Shown in pieces: positions 36,773 through 45,103 of a stretch of 64,000 nt of DNA. Position 1 is the first letter of the stretch; every line of letters starts with the position of its first letter. The notes under the pieces are model-generated. The model searched no databases. It was not told the DNA's origin and worked only from the letters and a program-made list of their open reading frames with translations. The translations under genes and the position numbers were made by a program. The stretch is from Deltaproteobacteria bacterium (lineage in GTDB: Bacteria > UBA10199 > JADGCS01). Location: the NCBI GenBank assembly GCA_024233595.1, contig JACKPK010000010.1, positions 2,373 through 66,372 on the forward strand, in the 5' to 3' direction.

Positions 36773-37566
36773 GTTCCTTAGCAAACAAAGTTGTGTTAAT
36801 AAGTGGTGCTAGCTCTGGCATTGGTGAGGCCTTGGCTTGGGAGCTGGCGCGTTTGGGCTGCCATTTAATTTTATGGGCGCGTCGTGAAGATATTTTAAAA
36901 AACATCACCAACAATTTAAGCAAAGAGTTTCCAGAACAAAAATTTGTTTTTTCAAAATGCGATGTCACGCAAACAGAAGCACTCCCAACTTTGCTTACGC
37001 AAGATCTTCAAAAATTAAATAAGGCTTTAGACATTGTCATTGTGAACGCTGGAGTGGGTGGCAACACAAGCGGCTGGGCAAGCGATTTTGAAATCACAAA
37101 AAAAATATTTTTAACCAACCTTGTGGGAGCAACAGCTTTGGTCGAAGCCTGTTTGCCGCTTTTTATCAAGCAAGGATATGGTCATGTCGTGGGCATTTCG
37201 AGCATTGCCTCGGTCAGGGGCTTGCCGCAAAACTCAGCTTATTGTGGTTCTAAAGCAGGGTTCTCAACTTATTTAGAAAGTTTGCGTTTGGATCTGCTCA
37301 CGCAGGGCATTACCGTGACAGCGATTCATCCGGGTTTCATTGCCACACCCATGACTGAAGACAATGGCACCATGCTGTTTTTGATGAGCGCTGAACGCGC
37401 CGCAAAACTCATCAGCAAAGCGATCATAAAAAAGAAAGCTCGCTATTCTTTTCCTTTGCCGATGGCGTTCGCAGAATGGTTTTTGCGAGTCATGCCTCAT
37501 GGTCTTTTTGATTTTGCCTTAGGGCTTTTGAGAAAACGCATTCAGGTGTTTAGGGAAAAAAGATGA
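36769..37566 (+). CDS. Short-chain dehydrogenase/reductase (classical SDR)
   Basis: 265 aa with a GTG start overlapping the upstream stop (GTGA). Motifs 'ISGASSGIG', 'NAG' and 'YCGSK'. Confidence 0.85.
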   Translation: MSSLANKVVLISGASSGIGEALAWELARLGCHLILWARREDILKNITNNLSKEFPEQKFVFSKCDVTQTEALPTLLTQDLQKLNKALDIVIVNAGVGGNTSGWASDFEITKKIFLTNLVGATALVEACLPLFIKQGYGHVVGISSIASVRGLPQNSAYCGSKAGFSTYLESLRLDLLTQGITVTAIHPGFIATPMTEDNGTMLFLMSAERAAKLISKAIIKKKARYSFPLPMAFAEWFLRVMPHGLFDFALGLLRKRIQVFREKR

Positions 37567-37570
37567 TTTA

Positions 37571-37598
37571 TAGGGACTAGGGTTTAGGGGCTAGGGGC
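37571..37598. repeat. Four tandem heptamers TAGGGAC-TAGGGTT-TAGGGGC-TAGGGGC (G-quadruplex-type motif)
   Basis: Read directly. It starts 5 nt after the SDR stop codon. The G-runs are 3, 3, 4 and 4 long, with loops of 4, 4 and 3 nt. Confidence 0.9.
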
Positions 37599-37629
37599 TT
37601 GTTTTTCGAGCTTAGAAAGAAGTTTTCAT

Positions 37630-37845
37630 ATGTCATGTAAAGATGAAGACAAACAGAAACAACTTAAAGAACACATCAAGCATCATTTGAACAGGGCTTG
37701 TCCAAAATGTGGTCAAGCTATGCACTGCGAAGATGGTGCTCTTCCTTTTGGCGAAGCCTTGATGATGAACTTTGTCTGCGCTTGCGGCGAAGAGGATGTG
37801 GTGTTGGTGAAACCCGATGGGGAAACTTTTGAGGTTGGCAATTAA
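37630..37845 (+). CDS. Small zinc-ribbon-like protein (71 aa)
   Basis: 'CPKCG' and 'CACG' cysteine pairs. No family recognised. Confidence 0.4.
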   Translation: MSCKDEDKQKQLKEHIKHHLNRACPKCGQAMHCEDGALPFGEALMMNFVCACGEEDVVLVKPDGETFEVGN

Positions 37846-37880
37846 AGCACAAATCATGAGCCTCCAAATACTGGATTGCT

Positions 37881-38203
37881 TTCTCCTTCGCTAAAGCTAC
37901 GGAGAACAAGTCATCAGCCTCCGGCTGATCGCAATGACACTCTCGTCACTGCGAGGAGTTCTGCGACGAAGCAGTCCAGATAATCAAATGCAGTTTCTCG
38001 GCTCCGCCTTTCTTCTTCGTCCGCTACGGCGGACTATGGAGAAGGAGCAGGAAGACTGACTCGTAATGATAATAAGATCAGTGGAACAATTAGAGCATTT
38101 GATCAGTAGAGCTTCTTAACCTAGGCACCTAGGCACTTACCTGTCGCGCCGTAGTCCGCCGTGGCGGACGAAGGCGGAAGCACCTAGGCACTTAAGCCCC
38201 TAA
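37881..38203. repeat. Cluster of REP-like palindromic units and short direct repeats in a 370-bp non-coding region
   Basis: Unit 'cttcgtccgctacggcggactatgg' (38016-38040) has an inverted partner 'ccgtagtccgccgtggcggacgaag' (38149-38173). A degenerate third copy lies at 37881-37906. 'cctaggcactta' occurs twice (38128, 38183), and 'cctaggca' is tandemly duplicated (38120-38135). Confidence 0.75.
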
Positions 38204-38217
38204 AAAAACTTCCAAAC

Positions 38218-39081
38218 TTAATTGCTATAATCATAAAAACCTTTGCCGGCTTTACGGCCAATGTGACCGGCTTCGACAAGTTTGCGTAACAAGGGGCAAG
38301 GGCGGTAGCGTTCAGGGCTAAGGTTTTCTTGATAGACTTCCAGCACGCTCAAGATCACATCTAAACCAACAAAGTCAGCTAATTCCAATGGGCCCATGGG
38401 GTGATTGGCGCCGAGCTTCATGGTGTTGTCGATTGTTTTGGCATCGCTAATGCCTTCGTAAAGGGCGTAAGCGGCTTCGTTGATCATGGGAACTAAAATG
38501 CGGTTCACAGCAAAGCCGGCAAAGTCTTTGACCTTAGCAGGGGTTTTGCCAACGGCTTCGGCAAATTCACAACCCTGTGCTTCTGTTTGGTCATTGGTTT
38601 GCATGGCTTTAATGACCTCGACAAGGCGCATGACAGGAACAGGATTAAAAAAGTGCAATCCCAAAACCTTTTGTGGGTTTTTGTAGCAAGCTGCCAAACG
38701 CGTGATAGAAATGGAGCTGGTGTTGGTGGCAAGCGCACAGTTGTCGCTAAGAATTCCCGAGAGTTCTTTAAAAAGATTTTCTTTAGCGGCAGTGTTTTCG
38801 GTGATGGCTTCGATCACCAAATCGCAGGAGGAAAAATCGCTTAAGGAAGAACACGCTTTGATTCGAGAAAGAAAAGTTTCTTTGTCGGACTCTGTGATTT
38901 TTTCTTTGGCGACCAATTTGTCGTAGCCTTTGGCAATGCGTTCGATTTGTTTGTTGAGCTGAGTGGCATCGGTATCAAAAACCAAAACTTCCTTTGCACC
39001 GGCTTGTGCCGTGATTTGAGCAATGCCGTGTCCCATGGCGCCAAGACCAATGATGCCGACTTTTTGTTCTTTAAGGGTCAT
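38218..39081 (-). CDS. hbd: 3-hydroxybutyryl-CoA dehydrogenase
   Basis: 287 aa with '[14 protein letters not shown]' (Rossmann motif), 'ATNTSS' and '[12 protein letters not shown]'. Confidence 0.9.
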   Translation of the reverse strand: MTLKEQKVGIIGLGAMGHGIAQITAQAGAKEVLVFDTDATQLNKQIERIAKGYDKLVAKEKITESDKETFLSRIKACSSLSDFSSCDLVIEAITENTAAKENLFKELSGILSDNCALATNTSSISITRLAACYKNPQKVLGLHFFNPVPVMRLVEVIKAMQTNDQTEAQGCEFAEAVGKTPAKVKDFAGFAVNRILVPMINEAAYALYEGISDAKTIDNTMKLGANHPMGPLELADFVGLDVILSVLEVYQENLSPERYRPCPLLRKLVEAGHIGRKAGKGFYDYSN

Positions 39082-39229
39082 AGAGTGTCCTTTGTTAAGG
39101 CGTTAAATTTCTTGTCCTGTATCTTTTTCCTTAATCTAGAATGAAGAATGATCAACGAATAATTAAAAATTCGATTCATAATTTATCAGCACCGTTTTTT
39201 GATCAGCCTTTTTCTGAACGCTTGCCAAG

Positions 39230-39865
39230 GTGCCTCAAACCGATTTAATCACCCGCTTTATGATTAAAGATCTATACAATTGGATGATTCAGTGGTCCGG
39301 AACGCCAGCCGCTCCCTACGCTTTGTTTTTGATCGCTTTTGCCGAAAGTAGTTTTTTCCCATTGCCACCTGATTTGCTTTTGATTCCCATGTGCCTTGCC
39401 GAACCTGATCAGGCTTTTTGGTACGCCGCGCTTTGCACGCTTGGTTCTGTGTTGGGTGGCGGCTTTGGTCTTGGTATTGGCAAATACGGTGGGCGTCCTG
39501 TTTTGCAAAAGCTCATACACGAAGACCGCATTGCCTGGGCGGAACAGCTTTATCAAAAATACGATGCTTGGGCCATTGGCATTGCTGGCTTCACACCAAT
39601 TCCTTATAAGGTCTTCACTATTCTGGCGGGTATTCTGCGCATCAAACTGCGTAAATTGATTTTGGTGTCGATTTTTTCACGTGGTGCGCGGTTCTTTTTG
39701 ATCGCCACCTTGCTGCATTATAAGGGCGAGCTCATGCGGGAGTTTATCGATAAGTACTTTAATTTACTTTCGATTCTCTTTGTTTTGGCCTTGCTTGGTG
39801 GTTTTGCGGCGGTTAAGTTTTTGGGCCGAAAAAAAACAGCAACATTTGAAGAGGCCTCGCGATAG
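39230..39865 (+). CDS. YqaA/DedA-superfamily membrane protein
   Basis: ~211 aa (GTG 39230, or ATG 39260) with 'F..AF.ESSFFP.PPD.LL' and 'Y.KYD.W....AGFTPIPYKVFT'. Confidence 0.7.
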   Translation: MPQTDLITRFMIKDLYNWMIQWSGTPAAPYALFLIAFAESSFFPLPPDLLLIPMCLAEPDQAFWYAALCTLGSVLGGGFGLGIGKYGGRPVLQKLIHEDRIAWAEQLYQKYDAWAIGIAGFTPIPYKVFTILAGILRIKLRKLILVSIFSRGARFFLIATLLHYKGELMREFIDKYFNLLSILFVLALLGGFAAVKFLGRKKTATFEEASR

Positions 39866-39933
39866 AGGCTATTGACGTCATTTGTATAAAACAGCATTAG
39901 GATTTGCGATAAGCACAACACGAAGGACACATC

Positions 39934-40770
39934 ATGACTTTACCAAAAGCCGCCCTGGGCTGGGGACAAGCTAGTTCATTTTTACAAACACAGGCACCGC
40001 AAGCATAAAAAAGAAGCGATGTCTTTTCGACCCCCGATGGAACGGAAGCAGTCTTTTTAAAACCATATGCCAATTCTGGGCTTAAAGCGGCTCTTTACTT
40101 AAAAGATTTAAGCGATCAGCACAAACAGCCTCTTTTTGTGATCAACAATGCGGTTGGCGCTTCCAGGATGGCTTCACCAAAGATGGTGCCTGCCATTTCA
40201 AAAGAGGGAGAAGCATTAGAATTGCCTTTTGCTGAACCAGATCCTTTTTGGCTTTTGGGCACAGATGGGGCTGTGAATCGGATTGATTGGGAGGCTGGGC
40301 GGTATTGCAATAATTCATACTGGCATAGCCAGAGCTTGCTAGATGTTTTGCAATTGCGTGAGCGATACGGTGAAGTCATTCCAGATAATATCCCTAACCG
40401 TGAGATTTTACCCCTATTAGAAGGCCTTGCTCATTTTGTTGATGTGATGCCTGCCAATGAAAACGCTTTGAGCCAAGGACCTGCTGCCTTGCATGTGAGT
40501 GCTTATCAATTTTTGTACGCACGCCAATTATTTGATCAAATCAAAGGCGCAAAACCATGGGATGTTTTGCAATGCGCGTTGCGCTTTGGTTTGCATGGCC
40601 GTTTTTCGGTAGAAGACCTGATGGATTTTGAAAAATTTGGAAAACTGGGTCTCTTTGGAGCTCAAGATGAGCTGGCCTCTGAGATCCGTAAACTTGTGAG
40701 AGCTAAGATGCTTTCTGATGCTCTGGGTGATGTGAAAAAGCGTCGCATGAGTGGCTATTCCGGGGCTTAG
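39934..40770 (+). pseudogene. Uncharacterised protein interrupted by a single in-frame TAA (40006-40008)
   Basis: ATG 39934 has a GAAGGA RBS. Codon 25 is TAA, and the frame then stays open to 40770. There is no ATG/GTG/TTG in frame before GTG 40138, which has no RBS. Confidence 0.5.
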
Positions 40771-40837
40771 GTAAACTTTCTAAATTCACGCAACTTTTGC
40801 GGGATGCTAATAGCAGCGCCCGCGGTGTGGGCGACAT

Positions 40838-42805
40838 TTAAACCCGCTCCACCCATTGTCCGTGATTCTTAATGAGCGCAATCAGCTCGTCTAAGGCATT
40901 GGCTTCTGGGATATTACGTGTCACGCAATCTTTTCCCACATAAAGGCTGATCTTGCCTGTGCCCGTGCCCACGTAACCAAAGTCAGCGTCGGCCATTTCG
41001 CCAGGCCCATTCACAATGCAACCCATGATCGCGATCTTAACGCCTTTAAGGTGGTCGGTGCGTTTTTTGATTTTTGCTGTGACCTCTTGCAGATCAAAAA
41101 GAGTGCGTCCACAAGACGGGCAGGCAATGAATTCTGTTTTAGAGATCCGCACCCGACAGGCTTGCAGCACACCGTAAGAGAGCGAGAGCTTTTCTTTAAA
41201 ACTTAAACGAGAGCTATTGATTTGAATGCTATCGCCAAGTCCCGCCAGCAAAAGCGAGCCAAGTTCAGCTGAAGCCGATAGCAACACAGGAAGAGCGCTC
41301 TCTTTAAAAAGCAAATGAATGTGATGCGCGGGTTGATCGCCCAAAGCCTTTTGCAAAAGACGGTAGTCTTGTGCCGGTTGCGCCGAAATAACAGAGAGAA
41401 CCAATGCTTGCGTCGCGTTCTGCAACGCGTTTTTTAAGACACTTAAATTCTGTTGCTCAAATAAATTGATTTCTGTGGCATCAAGTCTGAGCTCAAAACT
41501 TTTGTCTTTAATCTGAGATAAAAATCTAGGCAATTGCTCTAATTGAGCCAGGTCTTTAAGAACCCAACACAGTTTGTCAGCAAGGGTTGCTTCCATGAGT
41601 TCAGTCAGGTTGGCCGAGCAAACCGCTAAGGCAAAGTTTTGTGCTTTGAGTTCTTCTGCAAATTCAGGCCAGTATTGTGTGGCTGCGATCTCGATGCCTT
41701 CAAAACGCATGTCTGCATTTTGCGCCAATAAGAAGTTTTTAAATTGCGAGGCGTCGTCTAGTCTTGTCCAAACGCTAACAGGGTGTTTGCCTCCCTGAGG
41801 CAAAGGGCCAATTTTGAATTCTTGCGTTTCGCGTCGCGCTGGTGTGGCTTGAAACCGTGACGTGGTTAAAAAATCTAAATGCGCAGGAATGTCCTGATTT
41901 TGGTTTTGCTGAACTCTGTAGTTTTGAATCGCAATGAGCTCATTAAAAGGCGCCACCAACGCGGCTGCCACAGGGATTTCTTTGTCGGCGTCTTCGGTGA
42001 GCGAAACACGGATGGTGTCGCCAAGGCCTTCGTTAAGGAGCGTGCCAATGCCAACGGCTGATTTCACACGGCCGTCTTCGCCTTCGCCCGCTTCAGTCAC
42101 ACCCAAGTGCAAGGGGTAATCCATGCCCTCGGCTTCCATGCGCTCGGCAAGCAAGCGGTAAGCGTTCACCATGACCTGCGTGTTAGAGGCTTTCATGGAG
42201 AGGATGATGTCGTGGTAATTGTTCTTGGCGGCAATGCGTAAAAATTCCAGAGCTGATTCCACCATGCCTTCGGGCGAATCACCATAACGGTTCATGATGC
42301 GGTCCGAAAGCGAACCGTGATTGGTGCCAATGCGCATGGCCACACCATGTTCTTTGCATTTAAGGACAAGAGGCGCAAAGCGTTCTTCAATGCGAGCTAA
42401 CTCTTGTTCGTATTGCTCATCGCTATACTCTTGCACTTTAAATAATTTTTTATCGATAAAGTTGCCTGGGTTGATACGGACTTTTTCGACAAAGGGAACC
42501 ACATCCATGGCAATGGAGGGCGTGAAGTGAATGTCAGCAACCAAGGGCACCGATAATTTCAGACGCTGCATTTCGGCGCGGATGTTTTTTAAATTATTAA
42601 GATCGGCTTTGGTAGGGACCGTTAAACGCACAATTTCGCAACCAGCGGCCACAAGCTTTTGGATTTCGTTGATGACACCTGCTGTGTTTTTTGTGTCCGA
42701 TGTGCACATGCTTTGCACACGGATGGGGTTGTTGCCACCAATGCCAATTTGGCCCACAAAAACTGTTCGGGTTTGGCGCCGCTTGTAGAAGCGAGGAGTG
42801 CTCAT
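40838..42805 (-). CDS. ispG: 4-hydroxy-3-methylbut-2-enyl diphosphate synthase, long form with inserted domain
   Basis: 655 aa from ATG 42805. 'VGGNNPIRVQSMCTSDT', 'RIGTNHGSL' and C-terminal 'CPSCGRT...GC.VNGPGE' frame a ~270-aa insertion, as in the long-form enzymes. Confidence 0.9.
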   Translation of the reverse strand: MSTPRFYKRRQTRTVFVGQIGIGGNNPIRVQSMCTSDTKNTAGVINEIQKLVAAGCEIVRLTVPTKADLNNLKNIRAEMQRLKLSVPLVADIHFTPSIAMDVVPFVEKVRINPGNFIDKKLFKVQEYSDEQYEQELARIEERFAPLVLKCKEHGVAMRIGTNHGSLSDRIMNRYGDSPEGMVESALEFLRIAAKNNYHDIILSMKASNTQVMVNAYRLLAERMEAEGMDYPLHLGVTEAGEGEDGRVKSAVGIGTLLNEGLGDTIRVSLTEDADKEIPVAAALVAPFNELIAIQNYRVQQNQNQDIPAHLDFLTTSRFQATPARRETQEFKIGPLPQGGKHPVSVWTRLDDASQFKNFLLAQNADMRFEGIEIAATQYWPEFAEELKAQNFALAVCSANLTELMEATLADKLCWVLKDLAQLEQLPRFLSQIKDKSFELRLDATEINLFEQQNLSVLKNALQNATQALVLSVISAQPAQDYRLLQKALGDQPAHHIHLLFKESALPVLLSASAELGSLLLAGLGDSIQINSSRLSFKEKLSLSYGVLQACRVRISKTEFIACPSCGRTLFDLQEVTAKIKKRTDHLKGVKIAIMGCIVNGPGEMADADFGYVGTGTGKISLYVGKDCVTRNIPEANALDELIALIKNHGQWVERV

Positions 42806-42806
42806 G

Positions 42807-44321
42807 TTACTTTTTGCTGAAGGAAAAACGGTAACCACCGATAGAGACTTCGTCGCCATCTTGTAGCACTGCTTCGTCGACTTTGTTGCCGTTTACGTAA
42901 ACACCGTTGGAGCTTTTGAGATCAATGATGATGTACTGGTTGTTGTAAACATTGATGGCAGCGTGTTGGCGCGAAACCTTGGGTGCTTTGAGGATAACGT
43001 CGTTAGAAGGAGAGCGGCCAATGGAAGTATTGGCTTTGAGCTCGTATACAGTTTGCTCTAATTCGCCTTCAGTGAGTCGTAAAATATATGGAGCGTCGCT
43101 AGTCTCTGTGCTCAAAGGGATTTCGCCAGTGGCGTCACCGACTGATTCTGTTTTTTTTTCTGCGTTTTCGTCGACTTTGATCGAAGAAAGGATGTCGCTG
43201 ATAGAATCGTCTGCGATGCTTTCGTTTTGCTCTAGTTTGGCTTCGTCTTTATTGGGTGTGAGCTCTTCACCAGTTAGATCAGCGCCAGATTCTTTTTTTA
43301 AAGTAAAAGATTGTTCGCTCACGTCTTGGTTGGCAAAGTAGTTTTCGGAACTGTCGGTTTTAAGACTGTCCTCTTGTGGCTCGTTGATGAGATCGTTGAT
43401 GTCTTCTTCGGCCAAGCCTTTTTGGGGCTCATCTTGCAAGAGGCGATTGATGTTCGATTGGCTTTCTTCAATTTGGATGTCGTCTTCGCTGTCTTCTTCT
43501 AAAAAAAGGTCTTCGAACTCGCTGGATTCATCTTGAGATTCTTTTGGTTGTGGTGGCTGAATGGTTTCTTCTTCGGGTTGAATCACCGAACCGCCTTCTT
43601 CCAACGCCATGTTGGCACGTGTGTTCACAGAAGGTTCAAATTCGTAATCTTCTTCTGGCGTGCTTTGTTCGGGAGCTCTTTGAGGTTGTGGTTCGGTTGC
43701 AGGGGCTGTTTCTTGTTGTTTTGGAGAATCAGCCAAGCGACCACGGTATTCTGGCTCTTTGGGTTTGTAAGAAGAGGGTTCGCTGGCAGAGCGGCGGCCT
43801 AAATCTTCAGGGTCAAAGAGGTCTTCGTGAGAACGGATGTACTGGCTGATGCGAGCCAAATCGCTTTCGAGTTTTTCGATCTCTTTGGTTTCGTAGGTTT
43901 CGACTTCTTGGAACTGGTTGTGAGAGAATTCGCTGAGGAAATAGCGGAAGTCGGCTTCTTCAAGGATTTCTTTGTGGCGATTGATTTCGACAGAAAGTTT
44001 TTCGCGACGCACGTAAAGGTCTTTGATCTCTTTTTTAAGGAGTTCCTTTTTTTCTTGAAGGAGATCATTGATGGTTTGCAACTGCAAGTCGTAGTCGCGT
44101 TTGACTTTATCGTAGACAGATTGCGACACGCGGCCACGTGCTTCATCCATTTTTTGGATGCGTTCTAAGATGACATCACGCTGATTTTTAATGCGTGTTG
44201 TTGCCTGTAAAAGCTCTTCATCGGGCTTGTAATTGGCAAATTTAGAGTTGAACGGACGATCCCCGTCGCGACCTGCGCTTTTGAAATCGATGACCTTTGA
44301 GTTATTGTTTCTGTCTTCCAT
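42807..44321 (-). CDS. FHA-domain protein with coiled-coil N-terminus and long acidic linker
   Basis: 504 aa. The C-terminal FHA domain reads 'IGRSPSNDVIL.APKVSRQHAAI....NQYIIIDLKSSNGVYVNG'. The middle ~220 aa are Glu/Asp/Pro/Gln-rich. Confidence 0.85.
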   Translation of the reverse strand: MEDRNNNSKVIDFKSAGRDGDRPFNSKFANYKPDEELLQATTRIKNQRDVILERIQKMDEARGRVSQSVYDKVKRDYDLQLQTINDLLQEKKELLKKEIKDLYVRREKLSVEINRHKEILEEADFRYFLSEFSHNQFQEVETYETKEIEKLESDLARISQYIRSHEDLFDPEDLGRRSASEPSSYKPKEPEYRGRLADSPKQQETAPATEPQPQRAPEQSTPEEDYEFEPSVNTRANMALEEGGSVIQPEEETIQPPQPKESQDESSEFEDLFLEEDSEDDIQIEESQSNINRLLQDEPQKGLAEEDINDLINEPQEDSLKTDSSENYFANQDVSEQSFTLKKESGADLTGEELTPNKDEAKLEQNESIADDSISDILSSIKVDENAEKKTESVGDATGEIPLSTETSDAPYILRLTEGELEQTVYELKANTSIGRSPSNDVILKAPKVSRQHAAINVYNNQYIIIDLKSSNGVYVNGNKVDEAVLQDGDEVSIGGYRFSFSKK

Positions 44322-44447
44322 GGGCAGCGGGTATAACCAAGCTGCTCATCCGGGGCAATAAGGAAATGGGCTAATTTTTAAAAAGGCTTCTTGCGCCTAA
44401 ATTGGTATTTCTTTATGGATATCAAGGACATTTACGAAGGGGGGCAG

Positions 44448-45092
44448 ATGAGGCTGATTCATTTTTTTAAGCAAGCGAGCGTGGGCTTGCGGTGCCGCAA
44501 AGGGCAGGCTTTTGTCATGGGATTCTTAGGGCTGCTTGTCATTTCGTCATTGCTTTTCCCACAAACAAGCTTTGCCTGGAGCACAAAATCAGCGCGCTCT
44601 GGTTCTCAGAAAATCAAATTACTTTCTAAAACCAAACGCAAAAGAATAGCCGCCAACGCGGCCATGCGGCTTTTTAGGTCTGAATTCATTAAAGATGCCG
44701 GCTTGCCGCGTAAAATTGCTTTGGCCAAAATCTACGTGGAAGGTGAAGACCTTAACACCAGTTCAGAAGAATTCACAGATCTCTACCTAAACGAAATTTT
44801 CGATCATCCTTATATTTTAGTTGTGAATCAAGACGTCACCACGGATCTGAGCTTGGCTTACAAGCTCATCGATTATTACCCTGAATACGAAGCGCGCAAA
44901 CAAGGTGTGTTGTTGGGCGCAAATTATTACATTTCGGGAACCTTTCGTTCCGAACCCTACACAAAAGAAAGCGGTAAGGTCGAACAGCGTTATGTGTTTG
45001 ATTACACGCTTCGAAACATCCGCAATAATAAAGTGATTGTGCATGTGAACTACGTGCATGGACAAAAAAAGACCAAGCGTAAGAAAAAATAG
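44448..45092 (+). CDS. Secreted protein of unknown function
   Basis: ATG 44448 with an AGGGGG RBS. The signal-like segment is 'FVMGFLGLLVISSLLFPQTSFA'. Confidence 0.45.
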   Translation: MRLIHFFKQASVGLRCRKGQAFVMGFLGLLVISSLLFPQTSFAWSTKSARSGSQKIKLLSKTKRKRIAANAAMRLFRSEFIKDAGLPRKIALAKIYVEGEDLNTSSEEFTDLYLNEIFDHPYILVVNQDVTTDLSLAYKLIDYYPEYEARKQGVLLGANYYISGTFRSEPYTKESGKVEQRYVFDYTLRNIRNNKVIVHVNYVHGQKKTKRKKK

Positions 45093-45103
45093 TTTGAGGA
45101 AGC

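Noticed and set aside
37571-37598. TTAGGG-like repeats as telomere or linear-replicon ends
   Set aside because: There are only 3-4 units, they are internal to the contig, and they sit between ordinary chromosomal genes. A short intergenic repeat family explains them better.
37995-38185. 6S RNA or another known sRNA formed by the long inverted repeats
   Set aside because: Each arm also folds on itself, as in REP-like units. I see no clear promoter or terminator and none of the 6S central-bubble features. It is kept only as an alternative within the cassette finding.
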